This document shows positions 40,972 to 55,489 of a DNA stretch of 64,000 bases, piece after piece; position 1 is the first letter of the stretch, and each line of letters starts with the position of its first letter. Under the pieces are notes generated by a model. It saw only the letters and a program-made list of their open reading frames with translations. It searched no databases and had not been told where the DNA came from. This stretch comes from Eledone cirrhosa (Eukaryota): contig OZ024759.1 of NCBI GenBank assembly GCA_964016885.1, positions 15,004,001 to 15,068,000 of the forward strand, read 5' to 3'. The translations under genes were made by a program, and so were the position numbers.

Positions 40972-43900
40972 CTACAGGCTGATATAGAGAGAAGGCCCAT
41001 TCACTCGGGCCATTCTCGCCACTTTCACCCACCTTTCATAAAACTTGCTGGGGTACAGCACCTCTCTCTCCATCCTGATTCTTCTTCCAAAGTGGTATTT
41101 GAAAAAAAGAATCAGTTGTTGGCCGGAGAGAAAGGTGTCTGACCTCAGCCCTTTCAACCTTGTCCACCATACAACCTCTTTCGCCATAGCTATCACACAA
41201 AGGAAAACCGCCTCTCCTTCGTTTTTGAAGGAGGGTGGCGGTTTGATCATGACAATGGACTCGGTGGTCAACTGGATTGGTCCCACCCGCGACAATAGTC
41301 GTTCCACATAGCCCCACAGGTCAGTGACGCCCGGGCAGTGTATGAATGCGTGCGCGACGGTTTCTTCGTCTCGCACGCACCTCGGACAGATCTTTTTTGC
41401 AGGGTCCCTGCCCGGGCGCCCATGTCTGTAGAGCTTGTCTCGAACTGGTAGAGCTCCTCGGTAGCACTGCCAGGCCAGGGACTTTTGGAAGTTGTCCATC
41501 GGTCCCGGGCGGAAGGTCCTACCGAACAGACTGGCCAGTTCATCTTCCTCCACGCCCAGAGTTTCACCGAGCGCGTCGTCGCACTTGCTGCGGACCAACC
41601 CTCTATAGAATGACGAAGTGGAGTCTCCACTGATCGCCGGGTCCGCCTGCCAGAGGGCTGTGAGCGCCTGAGCACATTCGATGTGCCAGTCGCCCATTTT
41701 CCTCGGTCTCTGCTTGACCCAGGACTGCAGCTCGGTCAGCGAGACGAGTCGTGGGAAGGCTCGCCTCACGAACGGGGCCCACACCGGTTGTCCGGTGAGG
41801 AATACGTAGAGATGCCGCAGCCTGAGCGCGTGTTTGCGCATCGTCAACCACGGCATCCCCAGCCCTCCGTTAGAAGGGTGTTGGCAGCAGATGGATCTTC
41901 TTACCAAAGGAGCCCGCCTCTTCCAAAGGAATCGGAAGAGGGCGCGCTCCATTTTGGCGAGCGTTTTGGCTGGACAAGGCACGACGGTCAAGCGGTAGTA
42001 GATGGCGGACGCTATAAAAGTGTTCGCCACCTCCGCTCGACCTTTCAAGGATAGTTTGCACTCGGCCCACTTCTGGGTGAGTGCAAACACCTTGGCCGTC
42101 ACTTCGTTCCAGTTCTTCTCCACCTGGAGGTCCGGACCAAACCAGACCCCGAGCAGCTTTACCGGTCCTTCCGTCCAGCGTCCGACGACGCCATCGGAAG
42201 GCATCGGTCTGCCTCTCCACGATCCGAGTTGCAAACCGATGGACTTGTCCCGGTTCAGCTTCGCTCCTGTGAGACTTTCGTATTCCTTTAGTAAGGTGCC
42301 GACTTCCTCGATTTGCGAGGCGCTCGACACCATTACTGTCACGTCGTCGGCGTAGGCCGACGCCGCTTTCCGCAGTCCCGGTTCCAGAGGGATGCCCTGC
42401 AATAGCTCCAGCTTCCGCAGTAGTGGCTCGAGAGTCAGTACGTACAGAAGGGAGGAGAGAGGGCATCCCTGTCGAATGGATCGCGTAATATGGAACGGCT
42501 CCGAGAGGTAACCGTTCACCTTGACCCTTGAGCAGATGTTGCTGTTGTGCATTGCAGCAATCCAGCCCCTGAACACGGGTCCGAAGCCTGCCGCCTCGAG
42601 CACCGCATCCAGGTAACGATGGTCAACCCTATCGAAAGCCTTAGACTGATCCAAGTTGATCAGGGCCCCACCGAAGCCGGGTTTACACCCTACCCTCTCT
42701 ATGATGTATCGCATGAGGTGGAGGTTGTCGTGTATGGACCTGGTCGGGATCGCGCATGTCTGCGCTTCTCCCACCAGGTTCTCGACGACAAGCGCCAGCC
42801 TCTTTGCCAACACCTTGGCCAAAATCTGTAACTCTGTGTTTAGCAGAGTTATGGGCCGGAAGTTGCCTATGTCATCCCCCTTATTCTCGTCCTTCCTGAT
42901 TAGTGTGACCACGCCCCCGGTTACAGAATTGGGAATTCTCCCGTTCTGTTGCCAGTTGCAGTAGACCGCTTCCAGGAGACCGGAGAATAAGTCCGGCATT
43001 GCTACGTAAAATTCGTAGGGTAGACCGTCGAGACCTGGAGATTTGCGTTTGCCGCATTGGCTCAGCGCGTCCCCTATCTCAGTGGCTGAAATCGGCTTTT
43101 CGCAGAACTTCGCCTCGCTGTCCGAGAGTCGCGGTAGGCCGTCGAGGTATGGACCGAAATCCATAGCCTCTCCCGGCGCGCCGCTCCCCCCGAACAGCCG
43201 AGCAAAGTGCCGCTGAAAAGCCGCACACATCTGCTTCGGCTCACGTATCACGCGTCCGTTTTGGTCCTTCAAAGACCGAATCGTGGACTTGTTGCCACTT
43301 TTTGCCTCCGTCACTCGGGCCCAGCTAACAGCTTTGGCTCCCTCGTTTCCCAGAGCACGTATTTTGCTTCTGACAACGCAGCCCTCGTGCTTTGCGTCGA
43401 AGAACTGGTCCAAGGCCGTTCTCGTTGCTAGCACGCTGGCTACGTTGCCACTTCTAATAGCCTCTTCTACTTTATCTACCAGTTCCTTCTCGGTTCTATT
43501 TCTATCTAACGCTAATTCTTTACTAAAAACTATCGAGTCTAATCTAACTGCCCTCTTGAGAGAGTACCACCATCTGTTGTTGACAATGGCCCCTGTCAAG
43601 TGCTGTTTAACTAAAGTGCTAATCCGTCTACTGTAGGCTTTGCTTGTCGGTAACGACAAGTTCAGCTTCCAGTAGCCGGGTCCTTGTCTATGGGTTCTAT
43701 CAAGGTTGGCCATGCAGGTCACTAGTTTGTGATCTGAATAGGCAACCATGAACATTTGTGGACAGCTTAACATGTCCCTATCCTTATTTCTAACTAGAAC
43801 CCTATCTAGGTACGATCTAGATGTTCCGCTACGATTACTCCACGTCCACAGTGGCGCAGTCGGAAAATCTAGTCGATATCTATCGGCCAGGTCAAATCGG

Positions 43901-44409
43901 TCGATTAACTGTTTGAGGCTGTTACACCCCCCTTTATCGGGACATGCTCCCACATAGTCCCAACGTGCATCTAGGATTCCATTCCAGTCCCCCACTAAAA
44001 GCAAGGAGCGGGACGTTCCCAGAAAAGTCTCTAGACGTTTGAAGAAGTCTGGCCGCGGTGTCCCGGATGGGGCATATGCGGCCACCAGCCTGAACGCTCC
44101 ACCTTCACTACCGTCAACGTCTAGGACCACCAGTCGACCCTCCCGGTCCAGATGTACCGTCTGTGTTACGAGGCCCAGGTGTTTCCGCAGCAAAACGGCA
44201 ACTCCGCCCCCACCCCCCGGTTGACAGAGAGATGCGTAGATCTTAAAGTCATCGAAGATGGGGGCCAGCTGTCGCTCGCCGTGGATCCTGGACTCGCAAA
44301 TGGCTACCACATCCAAACTGTGCGACCTGAGGTCGTTTAAGAGTTTGCCCTGTTTCCAGGGCATCCCCAGGCCGCGTACGTTCACACATCCAACTCTTAT
44401 ATTGGCCAT
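40972..44409 (-). CDS. ORF2: APE endonuclease, reverse transcriptase and C-terminal zinc knuckle (1145 aa)
   Basis: EN motifs NVRG, YAP, GDWN, SYLDR, SDH; RT motifs KSPGLDG, FRPITLLN, DQSKAFDRV, RQGCPLS, YADD; CPRC..ETVAHAFIHC. Confidence 0.97.
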   Translation of the reverse strand: MANIRVGCVNVRGLGMPWKQGKLLNDLRSHSLDVVAICESRIHGERQLAPIFDDFKIYASLCQPGGGGGVAVLLRKHLGLVTQTVHLDREGRLVVLDVDGSEGGAFRLVAAYAPSGTPRPDFFKRLETFLGTSRSLLLVGDWNGILDARWDYVGACPDKGGCNSLKQLIDRFDLADRYRLDFPTAPLWTWSNRSGTSRSYLDRVLVRNKDRDMLSCPQMFMVAYSDHKLVTCMANLDRTHRQGPGYWKLNLSLPTSKAYSRRISTLVKQHLTGAIVNNRWWYSLKRAVRLDSIVFSKELALDRNRTEKELVDKVEEAIRSGNVASVLATRTALDQFFDAKHEGCVVRSKIRALGNEGAKAVSWARVTEAKSGNKSTIRSLKDQNGRVIREPKQMCAAFQRHFARLFGGSGAPGEAMDFGPYLDGLPRLSDSEAKFCEKPISATEIGDALSQCGKRKSPGLDGLPYEFYVAMPDLFSGLLEAVYCNWQQNGRIPNSVTGGVVTLIRKDENKGDDIGNFRPITLLNTELQILAKVLAKRLALVVENLVGEAQTCAIPTRSIHDNLHLMRYIIERVGCKPGFGGALINLDQSKAFDRVDHRYLDAVLEAAGFGPVFRGWIAAMHNSNICSRVKVNGYLSEPFHITRSIRQGCPLSSLLYVLTLEPLLRKLELLQGIPLEPGLRKAASAYADDVTVMVSSASQIEEVGTLLKEYESLTGAKLNRDKSIGLQLGSWRGRPMPSDGVVGRWTEGPVKLLGVWFGPDLQVEKNWNEVTAKVFALTQKWAECKLSLKGRAEVANTFIASAIYYRLTVVPCPAKTLAKMERALFRFLWKRRAPLVRRSICCQHPSNGGLGMPWLTMRKHALRLRHLYVFLTGQPVWAPFVRRAFPRLVSLTELQSWVKQRPRKMGDWHIECAQALTALWQADPAISGDSTSSFYRGLVRSKCDDALGETLGVEEDELASLFGRTFRPGPMDNFQKSLAWQCYRGALPVRDKLYRHGRPGRDPAKKICPRCVRDEETVAHAFIHCPGVTDLWGYVERLLSRVGPIQLTTESIVMIKPPPSFKNEGEAVFLCVIAMAKEVVWWTRLKGLRSDTFLSGQQLILFFKYHFGRRIRMEREVLYPSKFYERWVKVARMARVNGPSLYISL

Positions 44410-44442
44410 GTTGGTGCTGAAAAGTTAAAAGAGGAAAAGAGA

Positions 44443-44654
44443 TCACTCACCCTTCGCCTCCTGGGGACCAGGCCGCACGATTTCCATGGGGGTGTTGGAG
44501 GGGTTGTCTGGATGGGTGGTGGTTTCCGGCGGGGTGGGGACGCAGATGTTTGGTGGGGTGGGGTCTGGTGGAATGGGGGTGTCTGGGGTGGGGAGGCATT
44601 TGAGAAGGACGCGGTTGAGTGGTTTCACGCAGGAATTCCCCACATCCTGATTCT
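44443..44654 (-). pseudogene. Proline-rich C-terminal remnant of ORF1
   Basis: Open frame ending KGE* about 33 nt upstream of the ORF2 ATG; cut off at the (GATA)n junction. Confidence 0.6.
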
Positions 44655-44693
<39 letters not shown>

Positions 44694-44745
44694 TTACATA
44701 GATAGATAGATAGATAGATAGATATATTTCCTTGACCTACAGGCT

Positions 44746-44777
<32 letters not shown>

Positions 44778-45197
44778 TATATATATGCATACATATACAT
44801 ATATATACACAAATATATATATATAGATATATATTTTACATACATAATATTACGTTAAAGCTGTGTGTACATTTATATGGGCATAATTTTGTGAGCGTGT
44901 GTGTAGGGGTCTCTAAGTATGTGTGTGTGTGCGTTCTCAAGAAATAAATGTCTCAAAATGGCCGCTTTTAAAATATTAACCTTCTTCGCCAGATTTCTCC
45001 GACTCCCAAAAACATCACACACGGAGAAGACAACATACACGATATTAGCTGACGAGAAGAAGAAGAAGAAGAAGAAGAAGAAGAAGAAGAAGAAGAAGAA
45101 GAAGAAGAAGAAGAAGAAGAAGAAGAAGGGGGAAAAAGAAACAGAAAAAGGAGAAGAAAAGTATAAGAATGAATAGAAGAAAAGGCAGCAGCAGTAA

Positions 45198-45250
<53 letters not shown>

Positions 45251-45317
45251 CAATTAGTAGTAGTAGTAGTAGTAGTAGCAGCAGCAGCAGTAGTAGTAAT
45301 AGTACAAGTAATAGTAC

Positions 45318-45351
<34 letters not shown>

Positions 45352-45631
45352 CTTAGGAGTGCAGTTAATTTTAATGTGAATGGTATTTGTGGTTATAAGT
45401 GGTAAATGTGAAATATATTCAGATGTAAATACTTATACATGAATATAATATATTCTAGTGACTTCTAATTATGTCAGTGTATAGATATATACACATATGT
45501 GTGTGTGTGTGTGTGTGTTTACTGACACACACTCACACACGTACATATACTCATATACACATACATATGTATATTACTCCATCCTACTACGTTTTCCAGC
45601 CGAGAGGCTGATGTCATGGTGGTGCACCGCC

Positions 45632-45672
<41 letters not shown>

Positions 45673-45738
45673 ACTGCCATACACATATATATATATACAC
45701 TGATATACACTCACATATGCACACAGAGCGACAGATAT

Positions 45739-45779
<41 letters not shown>

Positions 45780-45780
45780 C

Positions 45781-45844
<64 letters not shown>

Positions 45845-45845
45845 G

Positions 45846-45877
45846 TCTTTATTTGCCACAAGGGCGCACAAGAAAAA
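45846..45877 (-). mobile_element. ~30-bp extreme 3' tip of the Tx1 family next to (GATA)n
   Basis: TCTTTATTTGCCACAAGGGCGCACAAGAAAA matches 8470-8500. Confidence 0.75.
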
Positions 45878-46217
45878 GTAGACTGAGAGATAGGTAAGTA
45901 GATAGATAGATATAGTATGTAAGTATGTAAAATGACTGATTAGAATGTATAATGGAATAGCAAAAGCAATGGCTATTAGGAAGGAGTGTTCAGAGAAGAG
46001 AACAAGAACAACTTCTAAGAAATAAATGAGTAAAATAACATTAGATATAAGAAATACAATATAACAAATGAAAACAAAAATGGCGGCTTCAGTAGATATT
46101 TGCTGAGTTGTCGTTTAGAAGAAACGTCATTATTGTTAAGTGGAGGATTTACAAAATAATTCAAAAGTAAAGCTTGAATATTTACATGTCTGGCTGTGTA
46201 TATATATATATGTATGC

Positions 46218-46335
<118 letters not shown>

Positions 46336-46420
46336 GTATGCATATATATATATATGTGTATGTGTGTGTGTGTGTGTACGTACATACATACATACATACA
46401 TACATACATACATACATACA

Positions 46421-46499
<79 letters not shown>

Positions 46500-46503
<4 letters not shown>

Positions 46504-46835
46504 AAAATCCTGGAAGGAGTAGCACCAAACTTAGGCATTAAGACCTCAACTAACCCCCAAACAGGACGTCACTGTGTGGTGCCAAAGGTATTTCACATCT
46601 AGAATAAGGAGCAGATATTGAAATAGCCTGTGGTTCAAAGGCCCTCAACTTTTCACCAAGTTCCCAAGAAATTTGAGAGATATGCATTGTGTGGACGTGG
46701 ATGGTAACCTAAGGGCAGCAGCAATGAACTCCCTCTTACACAAATGGCCAGCCAGCACAGGCTCGATATAGAATGTGTAACAACAAGGGCGATGCTCCAA
46801 CATGGCCTCAACCGGATGGCCCGAACAGGAAAAAG
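46500..46835 (+). pseudogene. CR1-like LINE 3' relic
   Basis: [13 protein letters not shown]...GRHC and NSLWFKGPQLF fragments. Confidence 0.65.
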
Positions 46836-47129
46836 AGTAAATATATATGATAAACATTGATTGCCAGATAAATTAACTATGACGAAATAAAAGAGACAGA
46901 AGCGAAAACCAATCCAAACCAAACGGTCAGTGTGTTTTACTATTATCCCTGGTAATATAACAATATGACCCTCCCCAAATATAACAATATATATATATAT
47001 ATATACTCATATATATATATATGAATCCATAATTCTGCAAATAACGCCTTGATCTAGCTTGCCGGCCACGATCTTCCTCCCTAACTATTGTGTATATGTC
47101 ATACGACAAGAAGTATCGACATTCGAAAA

Positions 47130-47590
47130 AGCAACGGAAACATTGTTTGCTTGGTCTGGCAATCAGTTCCATTCCCCTTTTCTTCCTAGAGTTGCGACCG
47201 GCAGATATTATCAACGATGGTAAGATCAATGGAAACATTATTTCATTGGTCCGATCAGATGACCGAAACATAGTATGCGCAACGGAACGATCAATGGAAA
47301 CATCGTTTCCTTGGTCCGATCAGATGACCGAAACTTAGTAAGCGCAATGGAACGATCAATGGTATCACTGTTTCCTTGGTCAGACATCTGACCACCAACT
47401 GATAGTATCAACAATAGCAAAAAAACAACAATGGAAACAGTGTTCCCTTGGTCAAAACCGGACAACCAGGAGATGGTATGAACAATAGAAAGACCGATAC
47501 AGTTATTGTTTCCTCAGTTAGATCTGATGGCCGATAAAAAATATCAGTAATGGAAATACCAATAGAAACATTTCTTCTTCGGGTCAGTCT
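47130..47590. repeat. Second, opposite-orientation array of the SINE-tail minisatellite
   Basis: CAATGGAAACATNGTTTCCTTGGTCCGATC units. Confidence 0.8.
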
Positions 47591-47689
47591 GACGCTCATC
47601 TCTACTCCTTTTGGGTTTTGTTTGTTTTGTTTTTTTTCATTATTGAAGCAACATAGCGGCATGGAGAAATGTATTTCTTCATTGAATCT

Positions 47690-48270
47690 TTCGATTGCTG
47701 GACAAAATGCCGCCATGCTTTGCAGCATGGAGATACGGCTCTTTACGGTCTGAATTCAAATACCGTCGAGGTTAAATTTGCCTTTCATCCTTACGGGGCC
47801 GATAAAATAAAGCACCAGTAATTCACTGGGTTAATTGCAGGTCTCATGGCAAAAGTAAAAACAATTATTTTTTGGCAATATCGGTACAGCGCCGGACAAC
47901 ATCTTTTGCGACATAGAGTTACGGCTCTTTACGTTCTGAATTCAAATCCCGTCGAGGTTAGCTTTGCCTTTCTTCCTTACGGGGTCGATAAAATAAAGCA
48001 CCAGTAATTCACTGGGGTAATTGATGGCCTTGTGCCAAAAGTAAAAACAATTATTTTTGGCAATATCGGTAGAGCGCTGGACAACATGCTTTGCGACATC
48101 GAGTTACGGCTCTTTACGTTCTGAATTCAAATACCGTCAGGCTAACTTTGCCTTTCATCTTTACGGGGTCGATAAAATAAAGTACCAGTAGCGTACTGTG
48201 GTCGATTTAATCAACTTTCCCCTTCCCTTCAAAATGCTGGCCTTGTGCCTAAACTAGAAACAATTATTTT
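47690..48270 (+). mobile_element. Three tandem tRNA/Deu(Nin)-domain SINE copies
   Basis: Repeated TCTGAATTCAAAT...GCCTTTCATCC...GATAAAATAAAG. Confidence 0.85.
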
Positions 48271-48748
48271 AATTTCTTCCTTAACATTCAGTGTTCAGAA
48301 CCACCTGACGCCATCTTTTTCTTCAGCAATACTGTGTATATTTACACCTCATTCAGGGTTTTTTTCTATGGTCTTTTTAGTTAGAATCCCGCCGAACACA
48401 CTTTCCCTTTCATCCCTGATTTATTTGGTTTCAGCCTTTTATCTTTATAGAAACCCCACCAAGAGGCACAGCTATGATTTTTGTCTCAGTAGGATGCTGG
48501 AATTATTTTCTTCTCGTCAATAATTAACTAATAGATAGAGAAAAATACCACATACAGATACATAGATACACACATACAATCACAAATACATACAATCACA
48601 AATATATACATATATACATACAAACATATATACATCCATACATGCAATCACATCACAAATACTGACATATAAACATACAAACATACATACAAACATACAA
48701 TCACAAATACTGACATATATACATAGAGACATATATACATCCATACAT

Positions 48749-49148
48749 GGTGGCTGCCAACTCGTTTTCGAGTACGGCCACTACTTTATATCCATGTAGG
48801 AGAACCCCTACCGATGCGCTGAACGAATGTGACTTTAGTCCAGCCAGCGACTTGAAAACTCTGGTACAAAGACTACACTTGTGACCATTATTGACACATA
48901 GTGCAGGGCCCATGGTACCATGTGATGACAAGTGCAGAGAGATCTCCAGATATAAAGCAATGCCTGTGCTGTGAAGCTTTTATAGTGAGCAAAGGCACTG
49001 CACAAAGCCAGTCCCACTCTCTTAACCAAGATGATATTTACCAAAAAGAAGAACAGGTCAACATCATTGGATACCATCAGGGTTGCAGGTGTTATATCAG
49101 AGTTTTCCTTCTCCTAGAATTCTGCCTTGACAAAGGCTAAGGGGTCAT
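48749..49148 (-). mobile_element. RTE-like LINE 3' fragment with C2H2 finger and 11-bp TSD
   Basis: HKCSLCTRVFKSLAGLKSH; CATCCATACAT at 48738-48748 and 49149-49159. Confidence 0.7.
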
Positions 49149-49681
49149 CATCCATACATACAATCACAAATACTTACATACATATATACATGCAAACATA
49201 CATACATACAATCTCAAATACTTACATTCATATATACATAAATACATAAATATATACACACAATCACAAATTCTTACATACATATATACATACAAACATA
49301 TATACATACATACAATCACAAAGTCTTACATATAAATATACATAGAAACATATATACACACATATATACATTTAAACATATACCTATATATATATACATA
49401 CACATATATACACTTATGTATATATGTATATATATATATGTATATATGTACATACATACACGACCCAATCGCACAAACACAAAGACATAATGGCGTACCC
49501 GTATACAAGCTGTGACGTATACACATTTCAATGATCATACACACGTAAAGATATATAAAGATAATATACAAACACACATATAAATACATAGCCATATATT
49601 TTTCGAGAGAGAGGGGGAGAGAGTTGAGAGAGGGGTTGGGGGGAGTGGAGAGAAGGGGAGGGGGGAGAGGAGAGGAGAGGG

Positions 49682-49843
49682 GAGAAAGGTGAAATTGGAA
49701 ATAGCATGGAAAATTATATTTAAGGGGATGTGGCTGTTTTTCTTTTTTTTATTCGTCAAAGTGACGAAGCAAAGTAGGAAGAACAAAAGAAAAACACTCC
49801 CTTAAATATATTTTCCGTGCTATTTCCAATTTCACCTTTTCTC
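49682..49843. repeat. Fold-back inverted repeat
   Basis: GAGAAAGGTGAAATTGGAAATAGCA... / ...TGCTATTTCCAATTTCACCTTTTCTC. Confidence 0.8.
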
Positions 49844-49960
49844 TATAACCACTGTTTTGGATAGAACCTTACTTCCTTTTTCAAATATATATATATATAC
49901 AATCTTTGTATATACACATATATACATACATATAGACATACATACATATATATACATATA

Positions 49961-52649
49961 TGAAGAACAAAATAATAAGTGTCACTGAGGCCCCATCCCA
50001 GAAAGACATAGATTCCTTTTGGAGTGAGGTGAAAAGAAGACTTTCAACCAAGATGCAGTGTGGCTAAGAGAAATCTGAAAGAACTATTGCTCCTACACTA
50101 CAACAAAAACATACGAAATAAGTGAGGGTACCCTTGAGATTGTGATAGGAAACCTCCAAGATAAGAAAACACCAGGAAGAGACATGATTGTTGGCTACTG
50201 GTACACAAAACTGATATTCTATCGGAGGTATCTTACTGACCTCTACCAACAAGTTCTTAAGGGAGATACACTTATACCAGAATGGTTGACATTAGCACAA
50301 ACATTACTGGTTCCCAAGAACAAAGACACCCACTTGGCAAAAAACTACCGACCCATTGCATGCCAGAACTTGATGTATAAGATGTATACAGCCTTCCTGA
50401 ACCTATTTTTCCAAGATCACTGTGAAAATAATAACATCATCACAGATGAACAAGCAGCTGGAAAGGAAGGGGTTTGGGGGTGTGTTGAACAACTCCTAAT
50501 CAACAAAACTGCGATGTCGGAGGTGCGACAACTTAGGAAGAATATGGCTACAGTCTGGCTGGACTACAGGAAAGCTTTCGATTCTGTTCCCTACTCTTGG
50601 ATGATAGAGGCCCTCCAGATTGCTAAAGTCCCTGACATTATTGTCAGAGCCATAGAGAAGCTGTCTTCTTCTTGGGCTACTATCCTAAGGTTAAATACAG
50701 AGAGGGGGGACTCTATTTTCACTGATAAAATAAAATATCGCAGGGATATATTTCAGGGAGACAGTCTCTCTGTGATACTATTCATCTTGTCATTAAACCC
50801 CTTGTCCTTTCTGCTCAAGAAATGTGAGGGATACATCATTGGCTCACGGGAGGACAGAAAAACGAACCTAACCCATTATTTATGTGTGGATGATCTGAAA
50901 CTCTATGCCAAGAACATGGATGGGATGAAGAAAAATCTTGACCTGGTTACAACGTTCTCAAAGGATATAGGAATGGAGTTTGGCCAAAATAAATGCTCAT
51001 ACATGACTGTAAAGCGGGGAAAAACAACAACCCAATCTAGCAACCTTGTCATCAATGGCCTAACTGTTTCACCGATATCTGATGAGGACTGCTACAGATA
51101 CCTGGGGATAGATGAGAACATATCCTATAATGGTATCTGTAATAAGGAACGTGTAACCAGGGGATACTACACCCGATTAAGAAAGATCTGGTCATCGGAA
51201 CTCTCTGCGCAAAACAAAACAGTGGCTCACGGTGTGTTTGCTGTGCCTGTCCTAACACCAACGTTTGGAATACTCAATTGGACGATAGACCAAATCTGAG
51301 CAGTTGATGTTGGAACACGAAAAATACTAAACGACACCGGAAACTTTCACATCAACAGTGACATAGACTGCCTTTACTTGAAACGTAAGCAGGGAAGCAG
51401 AAGACTAACATCAGTCCAGACAACATTTGAATGTCACATCATATCCCTCCGACTACATCTACGAACCTCGAAGCGTAGGAGCCTGTCTCTCGAGCAAGTC
51501 TATCTGCATGAAACAAATAAGATCATGATAGTTGGGAAGGAACTCCTCGAGAGATATTCCCTGTGTGATAATCAAAAACTCACACCCATGGAAGTCGCTC
51601 ATCAGTATCGCAGTGAATCCATGGATGAAAAGCTGCATGCTTATCAGCAAAAAATCATTCATGGATATGTTGCCAGGAAACTCCAGAGTGAGAGCAATAT
51701 AGATAAGGAAAGTAGTCTATCTTGGACCAACAACCGCTATATTGGCTCCCACTTTGAAGGATACGCTTTTGCAATTCAAGAACAGGAGATTAGCACGAAA
51801 TACCTGATTCACAAAATAGATAGGGATGCAGGCAAATCACTTAGATGTGATAACAGGTGCAGACTCTGCAGAACGAACATCGAGGATATCACCCATGTCA
51901 TCAGCAGCTGTCCAAAGATGTCATCGCGGTACTATCTACCTATGAGGCATGATGTAGTGGCCAAAACACTGTACGATGCAGTCCGTAAAAATGATAGCCC
52001 CGAGAATAAACACATTAAAAGCTACAGCAATGTGGAAGACATCCACGTACATAATATGAAAGAGTTCTGGTGGAATGTTTCAGTAAAAACCCCAGTAAAA
52101 TGCAGGCATAACAGACCAGATATTATGGGACAGGAAGAAGAAAGAATGCACAGTAGTGGAAATTAGCTGCCCAGCAGATGCAAATATAATATCAAAGATT
52201 AGCGAAAAGGAGAATATTTATGCAGAACTGATGAGAAATCTGCAAATACTCCACCCTGATTACACCTTCAGATTTATGCCTGCGATTATTGGCGCACTGG
52301 GGTATGTTAGTAACTGCCTCAATACAAATCTTGAGAAGCAGGGCTTCACAGGAACAGAAAGAACACAAATAGTTAGGAAATTACGAGTACAGTCCATTAA
52401 TGGAACAGTAAAAATATGTAAAACATTCCAAAGATTTTGCATCTAATAACTGCATATACACATGCACACATGCACCTCAAAACATCCACATCCACACATA
52501 CAATAACATCCATATCTACACATGCATGCATGCTAACATATCTACCTAGATGATAATGTGTAAATTCCAAAGAGAGAGTCTTGTGTTTATGTTAGAAACC
52601 GACTCTCTCTCTATTGGTAAAAAAATTGTAAAATTATAAAACCAAAAGA

Positions 52650-52650
<1 letters not shown>
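49961..52650 (+). mobile_element. 5'-truncated RLE-type non-LTR retrotransposon (R4/Dong-like)
   Basis: RT, CCHC knuckle, restriction-like endonuclease and 3'UTR; flanked by CATA/TA tracts. Confidence 0.9.
50142..52446 (+). pseudogene. Disrupted RT-RLE polyprotein (stop at 51297-51299, frameshift near 52130)
   Basis: NYRPIAC, WLDYRKAFDSV, IFQGDSLS, VDDLKLY, YRYLG; CRLC..EDITHVISSC, MRHDVVAK, RPDI, EISCP..K..Y. Confidence 0.9.
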
Positions 52651-55172
<2,522 letters not shown>

Positions 55173-55489
55173 ACACGAATATAAGCATACAAACACATGG
55201 AAATATCACGCAAACGTAAACAGCAGCAATAAATATCAAACTATAACAAGGCAACAACAACAACAGCAACAACAATAATAAAAGAAATCGTAAAAATAAA
55301 ACATAAATCGGGTAAATAAAAAACAGAAGTCATGTTACCCATGGCAACCTCTTTCACTAATTAAACAGACATTATATTGAAAACAACATTAACTAGAATA
55401 ACAACAAATATGAAAAACAACAATTACAACTGTATAACTACAACAATAATATCAACAATATGAACAGTTGTATAATTTCAATAACAACA

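Larger units (their letters stand above)
40735..44654 (-). mobile_element. L1/Tx1-clade non-LTR retrotransposon, truncated within ORF1, flanked by (GATA)n on both sides
   Basis: Intact ORF2, 3'UTR ending AATAAAGAAA, GC-rich island with sharp borders. Confidence 0.97.

Noticed and set aside
41036-44446. Overlapping and antisense ORFs within Tx1 ORF2
   Set aside because: Expected by-products of a GC-rich coding region, with no recognisable motifs
40735-44654. Autonomous full-length element
   Set aside because: ORF1 and the 5'UTR/promoter are missing; only ORF2 is intact
44919-45405. Poly-Lys and poly-Ser ORFs
   Set aside because: (AAG)n and (AGT)n microsatellites; no supported splice structure
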